Below, piece after piece: positions 21,932 through 32,960 of a stretch of DNA of 64,000 bases. The DNA is taken from NCBI GenBank assembly GCA_965261085.1, contig OZ253442.1, positions 2,976,001 to 3,040,000 on the forward strand, written 5' to 3'. Each line of letters begins with the position of its first letter. Positions within the stretch are counted from its first letter, which is position 1. The stretch comes from a bacterium (GTDB lineage Bacteria; UBA8248). The notes under the pieces are model-generated. The model saw nothing but the letters and a program-made list of their open reading frames with translations. It had not been told where the DNA came from and ran no database searches. The position numbers and the translations under genes are program-made.

Positions 21932-23046
21932 TGGCCCGACGGAACACGCCCCCCTTGTGGGCGGTCATCATGGCAGGCGGTTCGGGAACGCGCTTCTGGC
22001 CCGTGAGCAGAAAAGCGAAGCCCAAACAATTTCTGCCCCCGGGCGGGGGGATTCCTCCGAAAAACGCCGGCCCATCGCTGCTCGAACTCACGCTCAAGCG
22101 CTCGCGCGGCCTCGTACCGCCCGAGCGAACGCTCGTCATGGCCTCGGCGGCCCACCGGAAATTCTTGAGAAAACTCGATATCCCCAAAGGCAACGTCGTC
22201 TATGAGCCTGCGGCGAGAAACACCGCTCCCTGCCTCGGCCTGGCGGCCCGCCTCATCGAATCGAGGGAGCCTGGCGCGACGATGTGCGCCCTCCCCGCAG
22301 ACCAGTTCATCGCAAAAACGAGAGCGTTTAGAAAACTCATCAAGACGGGCGCGCGTCTGGCCAGTGAGCACGGGGCCATCGTCTCGCTCGGGGTGACGCC
22401 GCACTCGCCCGAAACCGGCTTCGGCTACATCGAGCGCGGCCGCCGTCTTACGGACGCGGGTGAAAACGAGGCGTTCCGCGTGAAAAGTTTCCGGGAAAAA
22501 CCCCCGCTCTACCGGGCCAGAAAGTATGCGGCTTCCGGAAAACACTACTGGAACAGCGGCATTTTCATCTCCCAGGCCGCCCGCCTGATCGATGAACTCG
22601 AGGCCCACCTGCCCCGGATGAACGCGCTCTTGAAACGGGCGGCAACCGCATACGAGAAGCGCGACGCCGCTTCTTTCGCGAAATTCTGGGTGAAGTGTGA
22701 ATCCATCAGCATCGATCACGCGGTGATGGAGAAAACGCGCAATCTCATCGTCTTGCCGGCCGATGTCGACTGGAGCGATTTGGGCACGTGGCCCGCCCTT
22801 CGAGGCGTCCTGCCGCGCGATAAGGCAGGCAACGTCTGGATGCTGCCCAAGGGAGGCGAAACCGAATCCATCGACGCGAAGAACCTGATCGTCCGCTCAA
22901 ACAAGAAGTTCGTCGCCGCCATCGGGGTCGAGGACGTCATCATCATCGAGACGGACGATGCTCTCTTAATCTGTTCGATTGCGGATGCGGAAAAGATAGG
23001 CGAGATGGTCAAAAACCTTGGGCGTGGCGACGCCAGATTTCTATGA
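21931..23046 (+). CDS. manC: Mannose-1-phosphate guanylyltransferase (no cupin domain)
   Basis: IMAGGSGTRFWPVSR..PKQFL, EPAARNTAP, WNSGIF, SIDHAVME, WSDLGTW. Confidence 0.92.
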   Translation: MARRNTPPLWAVIMAGGSGTRFWPVSRKAKPKQFLPPGGGIPPKNAGPSLLELTLKRSRGLVPPERTLVMASAAHRKFLRKLDIPKGNVVYEPAARNTAPCLGLAARLIESREPGATMCALPADQFIAKTRAFRKLIKTGARLASEHGAIVSLGVTPHSPETGFGYIERGRRLTDAGENEAFRVKSFREKPPLYRARKYAASGKHYWNSGIFISQAARLIDELEAHLPRMNALLKRAATAYEKRDAASFAKFWVKCESISIDHAVMEKTRNLIVLPADVDWSDLGTWPALRGVLPRDKAGNVWMLPKGGETESIDAKNLIVRSNKKFVAAIGVEDVIIIETDDALLICSIADAEKIGEMVKNLGRGDARFL

Positions 23047-23068
23047 TCCGCTTACTGGAAACGTGAAC

Positions 23069-23875
23069 ATGCTCTGGGAACACGCCCTCATTCTCGGCAT
23101 CGTGCAAGGCCTCACCGAGTTTCTGCCGGTGAGCAGCTCGGGGCATCTCGTTTTGGGGCAGAGCATTCTCGGGCTGAAAGAACCCGAGTTGCTCTTCGAC
23201 GTCCTGCTACACGTCGGCACGCTCGCCGCCGTCCTCATCTTCTACGGAAAAGACCTCTGGCGCATCGCGCGGGGCTGGTGCGCGTCCCTGGTGGGCAAAG
23301 ATCCGGGCGACGGCGCAGCCAAAATGGGCTGGCTTTTGATTCTCGGCTCGGTCCCTGCGGGAATCGTGGGCGTCTTTCTGGGTGATCTGGTCGAGCAGAT
23401 GTTCGCCTCGCCCAGGCTCGCCGCCTGCGCGCTGCTCGTAACCGGCGGCATTTTATACTTGAGCAAGCCCGGAGAAGACGCGGGCCGGGGCGAAGCGCAA
23501 ATGACGGCCACAGACGCCCTCATCATCGGCATTTTCCAGGCGTTCGCCATCGTTCCGGGAATCTCCCGCTCGGGCGCGACCATCGCCGCCGCCCTCATGC
23601 GCGGCGTGGCGCGCGAGCAAGCCGCGCGCTTCAGCTTCCTGCTTTCCGTGCCCGCGATTTCGGGCGCATTCCTGCTCAAGATTAAAGACCTGGAAGGTCC
23701 TCTCGGCACGAAACTGCTCCCCTACGCCGTCGGCGCCATCGCCTCGGCGGTCGTGGGGGCCATCGCCCTGGGCTGGCTCATCCGGATCGTCCGAGGCGGC
23801 AATCTGGCGCGCTTCCGCTATTACTGCTGGGGCGCGGGCTCACTCTCCCTGCTCTACCTCTTCACGAAAGGCTAG
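23069..23875 (+). CDS. uppP: Undecaprenyl-diphosphate phosphatase
   Basis: GIVQGLTEFLPVSSSGHL, PGISRSGATI, ARFSFLLSVP. Confidence 0.95.
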   Translation: MLWEHALILGIVQGLTEFLPVSSSGHLVLGQSILGLKEPELLFDVLLHVGTLAAVLIFYGKDLWRIARGWCASLVGKDPGDGAAKMGWLLILGSVPAGIVGVFLGDLVEQMFASPRLAACALLVTGGILYLSKPGEDAGRGEAQMTATDALIIGIFQAFAIVPGISRSGATIAAALMRGVAREQAARFSFLLSVPAISGAFLLKIKDLEGPLGTKLLPYAVGAIASAVVGAIALGWLIRIVRGGNLARFRYYCWGAGSLSLLYLFTKG

Positions 23876-23887
23876 CGGGCGTCTCGC

Positions 23888-24502
23888 CTAGCGCATGGGC
23901 GAGAAGGAAGCGGGCACCCAGATCTCCGAATTCTGCTTGTCCAGGAACGGACGCGAACCCGGAGGCCAGTTCGGCAACTCAAGCGCTTTCTTGCGAGTCT
24001 CGGCGCGATGGTTCAAGTCCTCATACGCCCAGACGTGAATCCACTGGTTCAGGGGGCCCATGTCGGTCATGAAGAGCGCCGCCAGCGGGGAGAGTTCTTC
24101 TCTCGCCGCGATGTGCTCGGTCCAGCGGCTCAACACCTCGCCCGTCTTTCCGGGCTGCACGGTGTAGGTTCTGAACTCATAGACGCCGCCGTAGGCTCCC
24201 AGGCGCGGTTCGGGCCGGAACGGGGGGGCCGTCAAAACCGCGCTCTCCTGTTCGAGAATGAGGTGCCCGTTGGGCGGCGGCCACCAGTCCATCGATACCG
24301 TCTTGGCCCGCACCTCGGCGCGGTGGTCCATGCTCTCGTACTGCCAGATGTGCCTGACGCGGTTCAGGTCCCCGACCTCGGTATGGAAAAATCCCATAAT
24401 CGGAGAAACTTCGTTTCTCTTTTCGATGACTTTTGAAAAATTCTCCTCGAACTCTTCCGCGCCGCCGACGGTCAACCTATAAGTGCGCATTTCGTAGATC
24501 AT
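23888..24502 (-). CDS. NIPSNAP family protein (two domains)
   Basis: MIYEMRTY...HIWQYES and VYEFRTY...HVWAYED. Confidence 0.9.
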   Translation of the reverse strand: MIYEMRTYRLTVGGAEEFEENFSKVIEKRNEVSPIMGFFHTEVGDLNRVRHIWQYESMDHRAEVRAKTVSMDWWPPPNGHLILEQESAVLTAPPFRPEPRLGAYGGVYEFRTYTVQPGKTGEVLSRWTEHIAAREELSPLAALFMTDMGPLNQWIHVWAYEDLNHRAETRKKALELPNWPPGSRPFLDKQNSEIWVPASFSPMR

Positions 24503-24634
24503 GCAAAATCTCCTCCGGGATGGTTTCAGAAAAAAGGGTTCGTCCAAAGTGTAGGCCCTGGCGGCCCGGCGGGCAAGGACGCGAGGACTTTTCTCGCTCC
24601 GGCAAACTCACGAAGCGCGAGAGGCTATGCGTCT

Positions 24635-25331
<697 letters not shown>

Positions 25332-25339
<8 letters not shown>

Positions 25340-26108
25340 CGGAAGTCCCCAGATAGGCTTCCAGAACTTTCGGGTCGCGCCGCACCTCGGCGGGGGTTCC
25401 GTCCGCAATCTTCTCCCCGTGGTCCAGCACCACCACGCGATCCGAGATGCCCATGACCACCTTCATGTCGTGTTCGATCAGCAAAATGGTGACGCCGCGA
25501 TCGCGAATCGCCAGTATCAACTCGTTGAGCACGCTCTTCTCGCTCGGGTTCATGCCGGCGGCGGGCTCATCGAGCAGCAAGAGGCTGGGCTCGCTCGCCA
25601 GGGCGCGGGCAATCTCAAGCCTTCTCTGATCCCCGTAGGAAAGCGCCTCCGCCACGCCCGAGGCGTAGGCGTCGATGCCCGTGAACTCGAGCAACTCCAT
25701 GGCCTCGGCCACCGCCAGACGCTCCTCGGCCACCATGCCGGGGAGCCTGAAAATTGCGCCGACCGGGCCGGTGCGCATCTTACAGTGGCGCCCGATCAGG
25801 ACGTTTTCCAGCACCGTCATCCCCCGGAACAGACGAATGTTCTGGAACGTGCGCGCGATGCCCCGGCTCGTGACGGCGCTGGGCTTTAAGCCCACGAGGT
25901 TTTTGCCCTTGAATATGACGTCGCCTTCCGTGGGGGCGTACAAGCCTGTCACCACGTTGAAGGCCGTCGTCTTGCCGGCGCCGTTCGGGCCGATGAGGCC
26001 GAGCACCTCGCCCTCGTGCACTATCAGGTCCAGAGAATCGAGCGCCACCACGCCGCCGAAACGCCGCGTGAGCTTCTTCAACATCAAAAGACGCACTATC
26101 GGGCTCAT
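25332..26108 (-). CDS. livG: Branched-chain amino acid ABC transporter ATPase
   Basis: GPNGAGKTT, ARTFQNIRLF, LSYGDQRRLEIARALA, DEPAAGMN. Confidence 0.93.
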
Positions 26109-27286
26109 TTCCCCGCTCCCGCCTTGTCTTGAGGTTCATCCCGTTCGAGAAGATATCGCCGGCTCTTGGCCTGCAGAAGTCCCTGGGGTCTCAGCACCAT
26201 CATGAGCACCATGGCGCTGCCGAGGAGCATGGGCCGGAAAAGCGTCAATTCCCTGAGCACCTCGGGCAGCACGGTGAGAATGAACGCGCCGAGCATCACG
26301 CCCGGAATGCTCGCCATGCCGCCCAGCACCACCATGCACAAGATGATGACGGATTCAAAAAACGTAAAACTCTCCGGCGATATGAACGTCTGCTTCGCGG
26401 CGAAGACGACGCCGCCGAATCCCGCCCAGGCCGCCCCGAAGGCGAAAGCGGAGAGTTTCGTGTAGACGATGTTGACGCCCATGCACTCGGCCACCGTCTC
26501 GTCCTCGCGCATGGCCGCCCAGGCGCGGCCCAGGCGGCTCTTGTCTAGCCGGTTCACGATGAAGATGGTGACGATGCATAAAACCACAACGAGGTAGTAG
26601 AAGTGCATGGGCTTGTACAGGCGCATCTCGCCCAGATAAGGACGCCCGATGCCCAGGATGCCGTTCGGGCCTTGCGTCACGTTGTCCCAGTTGTTCAGAA
26701 CCAGGCGGATGATTTCGCCGAAACCGAGCGTGACGATGGCGAGATAATCGCCCCTAAGCCTCAGGACGGGGATTCCCAGAATGACCCCGAACACCGCGGA
26801 GCAGGCCACGCCCACCCCTAAGGCCGGCCAGAAGGAAAGCCCGTACCAACTGTTCAAAAGAGCGTAGGAATAAGCCCCCACGGCGTAGAATGCCACATAG
26901 CCCAAATCCAGAAGCCCGGCGAAGCCGACCACCACGTTGAGCCCCAGAGCGAGCATGGTGTAGATGCCGGTGATGACGAGCACGTCGGTGGAGTAGCGAT
27001 CAAGCGTCCAGGGCAGCGCGATGATGAGGAGCAGAAAGAGGCCCCGGTAGCGCTTGTCGCAGGATTTCTCCTCGATCAACCCCCAGGCGAATGAGAAGCC
27101 TGCCTTGATGCGCTGCGCAGGCCCCGCCAGCGAGCCGGACTGCACACTCGCCCGCGCCAGGCTCACCACAAGGACGACTACGGCGCAGCCCAAGCCTATC
27201 CAGAGGCTGTTCTTCCACCCCGCAAGCGGCAGCGCCAAAAAGGCGAACCACAGACCAATCAGCGGGACCCTCGCGTATGCGCTCAT
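26105..27286 (-). CDS. livM: Branched-chain amino acid ABC transporter permease
   Basis: GLLDLGYVAFYAVGAY, LRGDYLAIVTLGFGEIIR. Confidence 0.93.
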   Translation of the reverse strand: MSAYARVPLIGLWFAFLALPLAGWKNSLWIGLGCAVVVLVVSLARASVQSGSLAGPAQRIKAGFSFAWGLIEEKSCDKRYRGLFLLLIIALPWTLDRYSTDVLVITGIYTMLALGLNVVVGFAGLLDLGYVAFYAVGAYSYALLNSWYGLSFWPALGVGVACSAVFGVILGIPVLRLRGDYLAIVTLGFGEIIRLVLNNWDNVTQGPNGILGIGRPYLGEMRLYKPMHFYYLVVVLCIVTIFIVNRLDKSRLGRAWAAMREDETVAECMGVNIVYTKLSAFAFGAAWAGFGGVVFAAKQTFISPESFTFFESVIILCMVVLGGMASIPGVMLGAFILTVLPEVLRELTLFRPMLLGSAMVLMMVLRPQGLLQAKSRRYLLERDEPQDKAGAGK

Positions 27287-28188
27287 GTTCTGTCCGCTCC
27301 GCCCGAGCCGCCCAGGATTCCCTCGGGCCGGAAGATGAGAACGACCACCAGCACCAAGAACGCGAAGACGTCCTTATATACCGCGGAGACGTATCCCGCC
27401 CAGAAACTCTCCAGAAACGCCAGCAGAAAGCCGCCCAGGAACGCTCCCGTCACGTTGCCGATGCCTCCCAGGACGGCGGCGGTGAAAGCCTTCATCCCCG
27501 CGACGAAGCCGATGTGATGGTTCACGATCCCGTAGTACATCCCCACCATCACGCCGGCCACGGCGGCCAGAACGGAGCCGATGGCGAACGTGGCCGCAAT
27601 CACCTGGTTCACGTTCACGCCGACGAGTGAGGCCATCGTCCTGTCCTGCGCGGTGGCGCGCATGGCCTTGCCGAGCTTCGTCTTCTTGATGAAAAGCTGG
27701 AGCGCGGCCATGAGGCCCAGAGCCAGGATGAGGATGAAGATCTGAAGCCCGTTCACGTAAGCGCCGAAGAGCTGGAAACTCCCCAGTTCTAGCAGATTGG
27801 GAAACGCCTTGTCGCGCGCTCCCTGCACGACCTGCACGTAGTTCTGCAGAAACAGGCTCATGCCTATCGCGCTGATGAGCGGGGAGAGCCTCGGCGCGTT
27901 CCGCAACGGACGGTAGGCCACGCGCTCGAGCGTGATGCCGTACGCGGCGCAATAGATCATCGGGATGAGGAAGACGAGAACGATGCTCAGCCCCAGGCTC
28001 GTCTGCGTGAGGCCCATGCTCCCCAGCACCGCCAGGACGGCGATGCCCACGTACGCGCCAATCATGTAGATTTCGCCGTGGGCGAAATTGATGAGCTGTA
28101 AAATCCCGTAGACGAGCGTGTAGCCCAGGGCGATCAGGGAGTACACCGCGCCGACGACGAGGCCATTCACCAACTGTTGCGCAAACAT
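27283..28188 (-). CDS. livH: Branched-chain amino acid ABC transporter permease
   Basis: ALGYTLVYGILQLINFAHGE, KAFTAAVLGGIG. Confidence 0.93.
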   Translation of the reverse strand: MFAQQLVNGLVVGAVYSLIALGYTLVYGILQLINFAHGEIYMIGAYVGIAVLAVLGSMGLTQTSLGLSIVLVFLIPMIYCAAYGITLERVAYRPLRNAPRLSPLISAIGMSLFLQNYVQVVQGARDKAFPNLLELGSFQLFGAYVNGLQIFILILALGLMAALQLFIKKTKLGKAMRATAQDRTMASLVGVNVNQVIAATFAIGSVLAAVAGVMVGMYYGIVNHHIGFVAGMKAFTAAVLGGIGNVTGAFLGGFLLAFLESFWAGYVSAVYKDVFAFLVLVVVLIFRPEGILGGSGGADRT

Positions 28189-28215
28189 AGAGAAATCTTT
28201 ACATATTTAGGAGAC

Positions 28216-28247
28216 AAAAAAGAAGGGGAGGCTTTCGCCTCCCCCTC
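28216..28247 (-). terminator. Intrinsic terminator or stabilising hairpin between livK and livH
   Basis: Minus strand reads GGGGAGGC-GAAA-GCCTCCCC followed by TTCTTTTTT. Confidence 0.8.
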
Positions 28248-28272
28248 ATGATTCAACACGGCGATGCTCGCC

Positions 28273-29397
28273 CTAATTGATCTGCACGAATTTCGCCCCC
28301 TTCACCCGCCAGAACACATAGGGGCTCTCCAGGACGTCTCCCTTCTTGTTGAACTGGAGTTTGCCCAGCGACGTGTTCCAGGGCTTGCTCCGCAGATGGG
28401 CTGACAGCTTGGCCCCCTTGGTGCTGCCCGTGGCCTGAATCGCGTTCAGAATCAGGTTCGTGGCCACATAACTGTAAATGGTGTAGGCGCCCACTTCCTT
28501 ACCGTAGCGCTTGCGGTGATTCTTGAGGACGTTCTGGGCCGCCGCGATTTTCTTCTGGTCCGGCGGGAACGTCAAATAAGTGCCCTCGGCGGACTTACCG
28601 GCGATCTTGTAGTATTCATCCACGAAAATGCCGTCGCCGCTCATGAAGAGGGTCTTCATGCCGAGGCGCTCGCGCATCTGTTTTACCAGCAAAATGGCCT
28701 CGGGGTGGATGCCGCCGAAATAGACCGCTTCGGGGTTCTTCTGCTTGGCGGCCGTCAGCACCGGCGTGTAGTCCTTGTCCCCCTGCACGACGCCGCTGTA
28801 GAAGACGGCCTTGACGCCTCTTTTCTCCAGGAACCGTTTCGTCTCGTCGGCCAAACCCTGTCCATACGTGGTCTTGTCGTGGAGAATGGCGATGCGCTTG
28901 AGCTTGAGCGTGTCCACGATGTAGTTCGCCGCCACTTCTCCTTGCTGATCGTCGCGGCCGCAGACGCGGAACACCGTCGAGAAACCCTGCTCGGTGAGCT
29001 TGGGATTCGTGGACGCCGGCGTGATCTGAACGACACCCGCTTCCGCATACACGGTGGAGGCCGGAATGGAGACCGAACTGTTGAAATGGCCGACGATGCC
29101 GACGGCGCCCGAGTTCACGAACTTGTGCGCGATCGACACCCCTTCCCTGGGGTCGTGGCGATCATCGCCCCACAGAATATCCACCTTCATCTTCTTGCCG
29201 CCGACGCTCACGCCGCCCTTGGCGTTCCATTCCTCCACCGCGAGGGTCGCGCCGTTTTTCAGCATCTCGCCGAACGCCGCCTGATCGCCGGTGAGCGGCC
29301 CGGCCACGCCTATCTTGAGCGTTGCCGCCTGCACGGACGATCCCAGAAATACGGCGGCTACCAGAATAACCAAACCATGAAACACCCTTTTCCACAT
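28273..29397 (-). CDS. livK: Branched-chain amino acid ABC transporter substrate-binding protein (LivK/LivJ)
   Basis: Signal peptide, KIGVAGPLTG, GHFNSSVSIPAS, RDDQQG, HDKTTYGQGLA; AGGAG SD. Confidence 0.92.
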   Translation of the reverse strand: MWKRVFHGLVILVAAVFLGSSVQAATLKIGVAGPLTGDQAAFGEMLKNGATLAVEEWNAKGGVSVGGKKMKVDILWGDDRHDPREGVSIAHKFVNSGAVGIVGHFNSSVSIPASTVYAEAGVVQITPASTNPKLTEQGFSTVFRVCGRDDQQGEVAANYIVDTLKLKRIAILHDKTTYGQGLADETKRFLEKRGVKAVFYSGVVQGDKDYTPVLTAAKQKNPEAVYFGGIHPEAILLVKQMRERLGMKTLFMSGDGIFVDEYYKIAGKSAEGTYLTFPPDQKKIAAAQNVLKNHRKRYGKEVGAYTIYSYVATNLILNAIQATGSTKGAKLSAHLRSKPWNTSLGKLQFNKKGDVLESPYVFWRVKGAKFVQIN

Positions 29398-29534
29398 GTC
29401 CTGTTCTCCTTTGATGATTCGGAATTCCCTGGAACCAAGGGGCGCACAGCTATGAGAACGCCTTTTCACCCTTGGCGATTCGCCCTGGCGACAATCATGT
29501 TTTTCCAAAGTACGTGACCCTATCCTCTCGTATG

Positions 29535-29563
29535 ACGATACGATAAGAATAAACGGCTTTCAA
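29535..29563 (-). promoter_or_regulatory. Candidate sigma70 promoter of the liv operon
   Basis: Minus strand reads TTGAAA-17 bp-TATCGT. Confidence 0.5.
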
Positions 29564-29602
29564 GATTTTTTTTGAAGATTTTACTTGACAAGAGACCGCC
29601 CA

Positions 29603-30169
29603 CTAGGCCGTCTTCACGCGCTCTATGTATTCCCCCGTGCGCGTGTCGATCTTCAGCACGTCGCCCTCGTTCAGGAACAAGGGAACGGTGACCGTCGCGC
29701 CCGTCTCGAGTTCCGCCTGCTTGGTCGCGCCCGTCGCCGTATCGCCCCGAACGCCGGGCTCGGTCTTCTTGATCGCCAACTCCACGAACGTGGGCATCTC
29801 GACCGAAATCGCATCGCCCTTGTAGAAGAGAATATCGACTATCGTCTCCTCGCGCAGCAGTTTCATGCTGTCGCCGAGTTTCTCCTCCACCAACCCGGTC
29901 TGATCGTAGGTCTGCGTGTCCATGAAATAGAGGATATCGCCGTCGTGGTAGAGATACTGCATCTGTTTTTGCTCGACCCCTGGGTCTCCCACGGACTCGC
30001 CCGAGCGGAACGTTTTTTCCAGAACGCGGCCCGTCCTGAGATTCTTGAGCTTCGTGCGCACGAAAGCCCCGCCCTTGCCGGGCTTCACGTGCTGGAACTC
30101 CACGATGATGAAAGGCTCGTTATCGATCTCAATTTTCAGTCCGTTTCGAAAATCACTTGTCGAGGGCAT
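29603..30169 (-). CDS. efp: Elongation factor P
   Basis: [36 protein letters not shown]. Confidence 0.97.
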   Translation of the reverse strand: MPSTSDFRNGLKIEIDNEPFIIVEFQHVKPGKGGAFVRTKLKNLRTGRVLEKTFRSGESVGDPGVEQKQMQYLYHDGDILYFMDTQTYDQTGLVEEKLGDSMKLLREETIVDILFYKGDAISVEMPTFVELAIKKTEPGVRGDTATGATKQAELETGATVTVPLFLNEGDVLKIDTRTGEYIERVKTA

Positions 30170-30201
30170 CGAATCAAAAAACCTCCTGATGATGAAAATG
30201 T

Positions 30202-31272
30202 TTATAAAACAACGAGTTCTTTCGTTACCGAACGGGTGAGGACCTCCTTCCCCCGCTCGGTGACGAGAACCATATCCTCGATTCTCACGCCGCCCCAGCG
30301 GGGCAGATATATGCCGGGCTCCACCGTCACCACCATGCCGGGCTTAAGCTCCTCCTTCACGCCCGGCCCGAGCCGGGGAGCTTCGTGGATATAGAGCCCC
30401 AGGCCGTGGCCCGTCCCGTGCCCGAAGGCCTCGCCGTAGCCATACGCCGTGATGACGTCGCGCGCGGCCTTATCCACGTCCCCGCACAAGGCGCCCGGCT
30501 TCACGGCTTCGAGCGCCGTCATCTGGGCTTCCAGGACGATTTCGTATATCTTCTCGCCCTTGGGCGACGGCTTGCCGAGGGAGAACACCCGCGTCGTATC
30601 CGCATGGTAGCCCGACACCACGGCGCCGAAATCGATGGTGATGAGGTCTCCCTTCTTGAGCTTTCTCGACGAGGCGATGCCGTGCGGCAGGGCCGAGCGC
30701 GGGCCCGAGGCGACGATGGTGTCGAAAGCAGGGGCTGTGGCCCCTCTTCTCCTCATAGCGATTTCAAGATCGAGCGCGACGTCCGTTTCGGCGCGGCCCG
30801 GGCGAATCGCCTGTGCGATCTCGCTCAATGCCCCGGCGTTCACCCTGGCGCCTCGCCTTAGTTTTTGAATTTCGCCCGCATCCTTGCAAAGCCGCAAATC
30901 CTCCAGGAGGCCCGAGACGGGTTTTAAGCGCACTCCCTTGGCGAGTTTTCTCATCTGCCGGAAAACCGCGTGGGTGACGTGCGCCTCCTCGAAGGCGAGC
31001 GCTTTCGCTCTCGTTTTTCCGAGTTCTTTCACGATGCCCTGAATCGGGGAGGCATGCTCGGCGCGGCGATAATCGGCCGACACCTGCTTCGCCGCCTGTG
31101 AGCGATACCTGAAATCCGTGATGAAGACGGCGCTTCGCGGAGAAATCAAACACGCACCGGCCGAGCCGGTGAATCCGGTGAGATAGTGGATGTTCCTCAT
31201 GTTCGTCACGGCAAGGGCGGAGAGACCCTCCCGCCGCATCGCCTTTCTCACCGCGCGCAGACGCTGCTTCAT
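30202..31272 (-). CDS. Xaa-Pro aminopeptidase (M24)
   Basis: Start at MKQRL overlaps the aroQ stop; [41 protein letters not shown]. Confidence 0.92.
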   Translation of the reverse strand: MKQRLRAVRKAMRREGLSALAVTNMRNIHYLTGFTGSAGACLISPRSAVFITDFRYRSQAAKQVSADYRRAEHASPIQGIVKELGKTRAKALAFEEAHVTHAVFRQMRKLAKGVRLKPVSGLLEDLRLCKDAGEIQKLRRGARVNAGALSEIAQAIRPGRAETDVALDLEIAMRRRGATAPAFDTIVASGPRSALPHGIASSRKLKKGDLITIDFGAVVSGYHADTTRVFSLGKPSPKGEKIYEIVLEAQMTALEAVKPGALCGDVDKAARDVITAYGYGEAFGHGTGHGLGLYIHEAPRLGPGVKEELKPGMVVTVEPGIYLPRWGGVRIEDMVLVTERGKEVLTRSVTKELVVL

Positions 31273-31787
31273 TCTTCCTCCGGTGGGAACGTGCGCGCTT
31301 TGACGTGGCGATTGATCGCCGCTTGTAAGGCCAAAGCGTAGCCCTCCAGGCCATAGCCGATGATGCTTCCCGCCGCCACGGGCCCGATCAACGAACGATG
31401 CCTGAAATCCTCGCGCTTCAAGACGTTGGAGATATGCACCTCGTAGACGGGCATTTCCAGGCCGCCTATCGCGTCCCTGAGCGCAACGCTCGTGTGGGTG
31501 TACCCTCCCGGATTGAAGAGGCACGCGGCGCATTCGCCCGAGGGAGCCACATCCATCAGGGGCCGTTTCGCACCCCCCGCGCGCTGGATCGCGTCGATGA
31601 GCTCTCCCTCGACGTTGGACTGAAAACATTCCAGGTCCACCCCCTCATCCGCCGCCATCCGCACCAGGGCCGCCTCGAGCTCGACCAGCGTGGTCTTCCC
31701 GTACACTTCGGGTTCGCGCTTGCCCAGCAGATTGAGATTCGGACCATTCAGAAGCAGTATTTTCATAGGCTTATCCAAAGAGGACAT
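31269..31787 (-). CDS. aroQ: Type II 3-dehydroquinate dehydratase
   Basis: LNGPNLNLLGKREPEVYG, NPGGYTHTSVALRDA, EVHISN; start could be 31766. Confidence 0.95.
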   Translation of the reverse strand: MSSLDKPMKILLLNGPNLNLLGKREPEVYGKTTLVELEAALVRMAADEGVDLECFQSNVEGELIDAIQRAGGAKRPLMDVAPSGECAACLFNPGGYTHTSVALRDAIGGLEMPVYEVHISNVLKREDFRHRSLIGPVAAGSIIGYGLEGYALALQAAINRHVKARTFPPEEE

Positions 31788-31874
31788 CTCACCTCATATT
31801 CACGTTCGAGCGGAATCTGACGGGGAATGTTAGAAAACACGGGCGATGGCGTCAACGAAAAAACACCGAACCCG

Positions 31875-32960
31875 TTATGAGCCTGCGAGCGCGCCTCTCC
31901 ACAAACGGGGCGAGACCTCGACGCCCGGTTCCACCTCGCCGATTTTTCGCATCAAAACGAACCGTGGACTCCCCCGGCGCGTCTTCTTATCGCCGGCGAG
32001 CAGTTTCTTCAAGACCGCGAGTCCGGGCGGCTCCTCCATCTTCGTGGGCAGTCCGAAACGCTCCAGCAAGACGGTCAGCCTCTCGACGTCCCCGGGCGCG
32101 CAGCGCCCCGTCGCGCAGGATATCCGGCTCGCCGCCGACATACCAATGGCGATGGCCTCTCCGTGGAGCAATTCGGACGAATAGCCCGCCAGCGCCTCCA
32201 CCGCGTGTCCGAGCGTGTGCCCATAGTTGAGTATCTGCCTCAAGCCCCCTTCGCGCTCATCCTGCTCGACGACTTTCGCCTTGATCCGGCAATTCGAGGC
32301 GACGATTCTCTCCATCACGCCCTCGCCGCGATTAAGAATCCGCGCCTCGTTTTTCTCCAAAAACGCGAAAAGGCGGCTGTCCGCAATGGCCGCGTGCTTC
32401 ACCACCTCGGCAAGCCCCGCCTTGAATTCCCGCTCGGGCAACGTCTTGAGCGTGGAGGTGTCGCTCACCACCGCTACCGGCTGATGGAACGCGCCCACGA
32501 GGTTTTTCCCGAGGTTGTGATCGATCGCCGTCTTGCCGCCCACCGCGCTGTCCACCTGGGCCAGGAGCGTCGTGGGCGCCTGAACATAGGGAATCCCCCT
32601 CAGGAAGATGGCCGCCGCGAATCCGGTGATGTCGCCCACGACGCCGCCTCCCAGGGCGACGGCGCCACAGCCTCTGTCCAGTCTCATAGACGCCATCCTG
32701 TCCAGTATTCGGGACAACTGCCGCATCGACTTGCTCGCCTCGCCCACCGGAATCCTGAGCAAAGACGCCTGAACGCCCGCCGCCGCGAGCAGGTCTAAAG
32801 TTTTCTCGGCATACAGCGGCGCCACGTTGGCGTCCGTCACGACGAGCGCCCTTCCGCCCCTGAAATGGCGCAGGCAAACCTTGCCGATCTCCCCGAGCGC
32901 GTCCGCCCCGATTCGAATCGTGTAGGAGCGTTCTCCCAGATGAACCCGTACGTTCTTCAT
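31875..32960 (-). CDS. aroB: 3-dehydroquinate synthase
   Basis: ALGGGVVGDITGF, PTTLLAQVDSAVGGKT, LNYGHTLGHAVE; ATG overlaps the pilM stop. Confidence 0.95.
   Translation of the reverse strand: MKNVRVHLGERSYTIRIGADALGEIGKVCLRHFRGGRALVVTDANVAPLYAEKTLDLLAAAGVQASLLRIPVGEASKSMRQLSRILDRMASMRLDRGCGAVALGGGVVGDITGFAAAIFLRGIPYVQAPTTLLAQVDSAVGGKTAIDHNLGKNLVGAFHQPVAVVSDTSTLKTLPEREFKAGLAEVVKHAAIADSRLFAFLEKNEARILNRGEGVMERIVASNCRIKAKVVEQDEREGGLRQILNYGHTLGHAVEALAGYSSELLHGEAIAIGMSAASRISCATGRCAPGDVERLTVLLERFGLPTKMEEPPGLAVLKKLLAGDKKTRRGSPRFVLMRKIGEVEPGVEVSPRLWRGALAGS

Noticed and set aside
31273-31629. N-terminal extension of the Xaa-Pro peptidase ORF (likewise for aroB, livF, livK and the TPR gene)
   Set aside because: The extensions overlap upstream genes or lack homology; downstream starts with SD or stop-start overlaps fit better.
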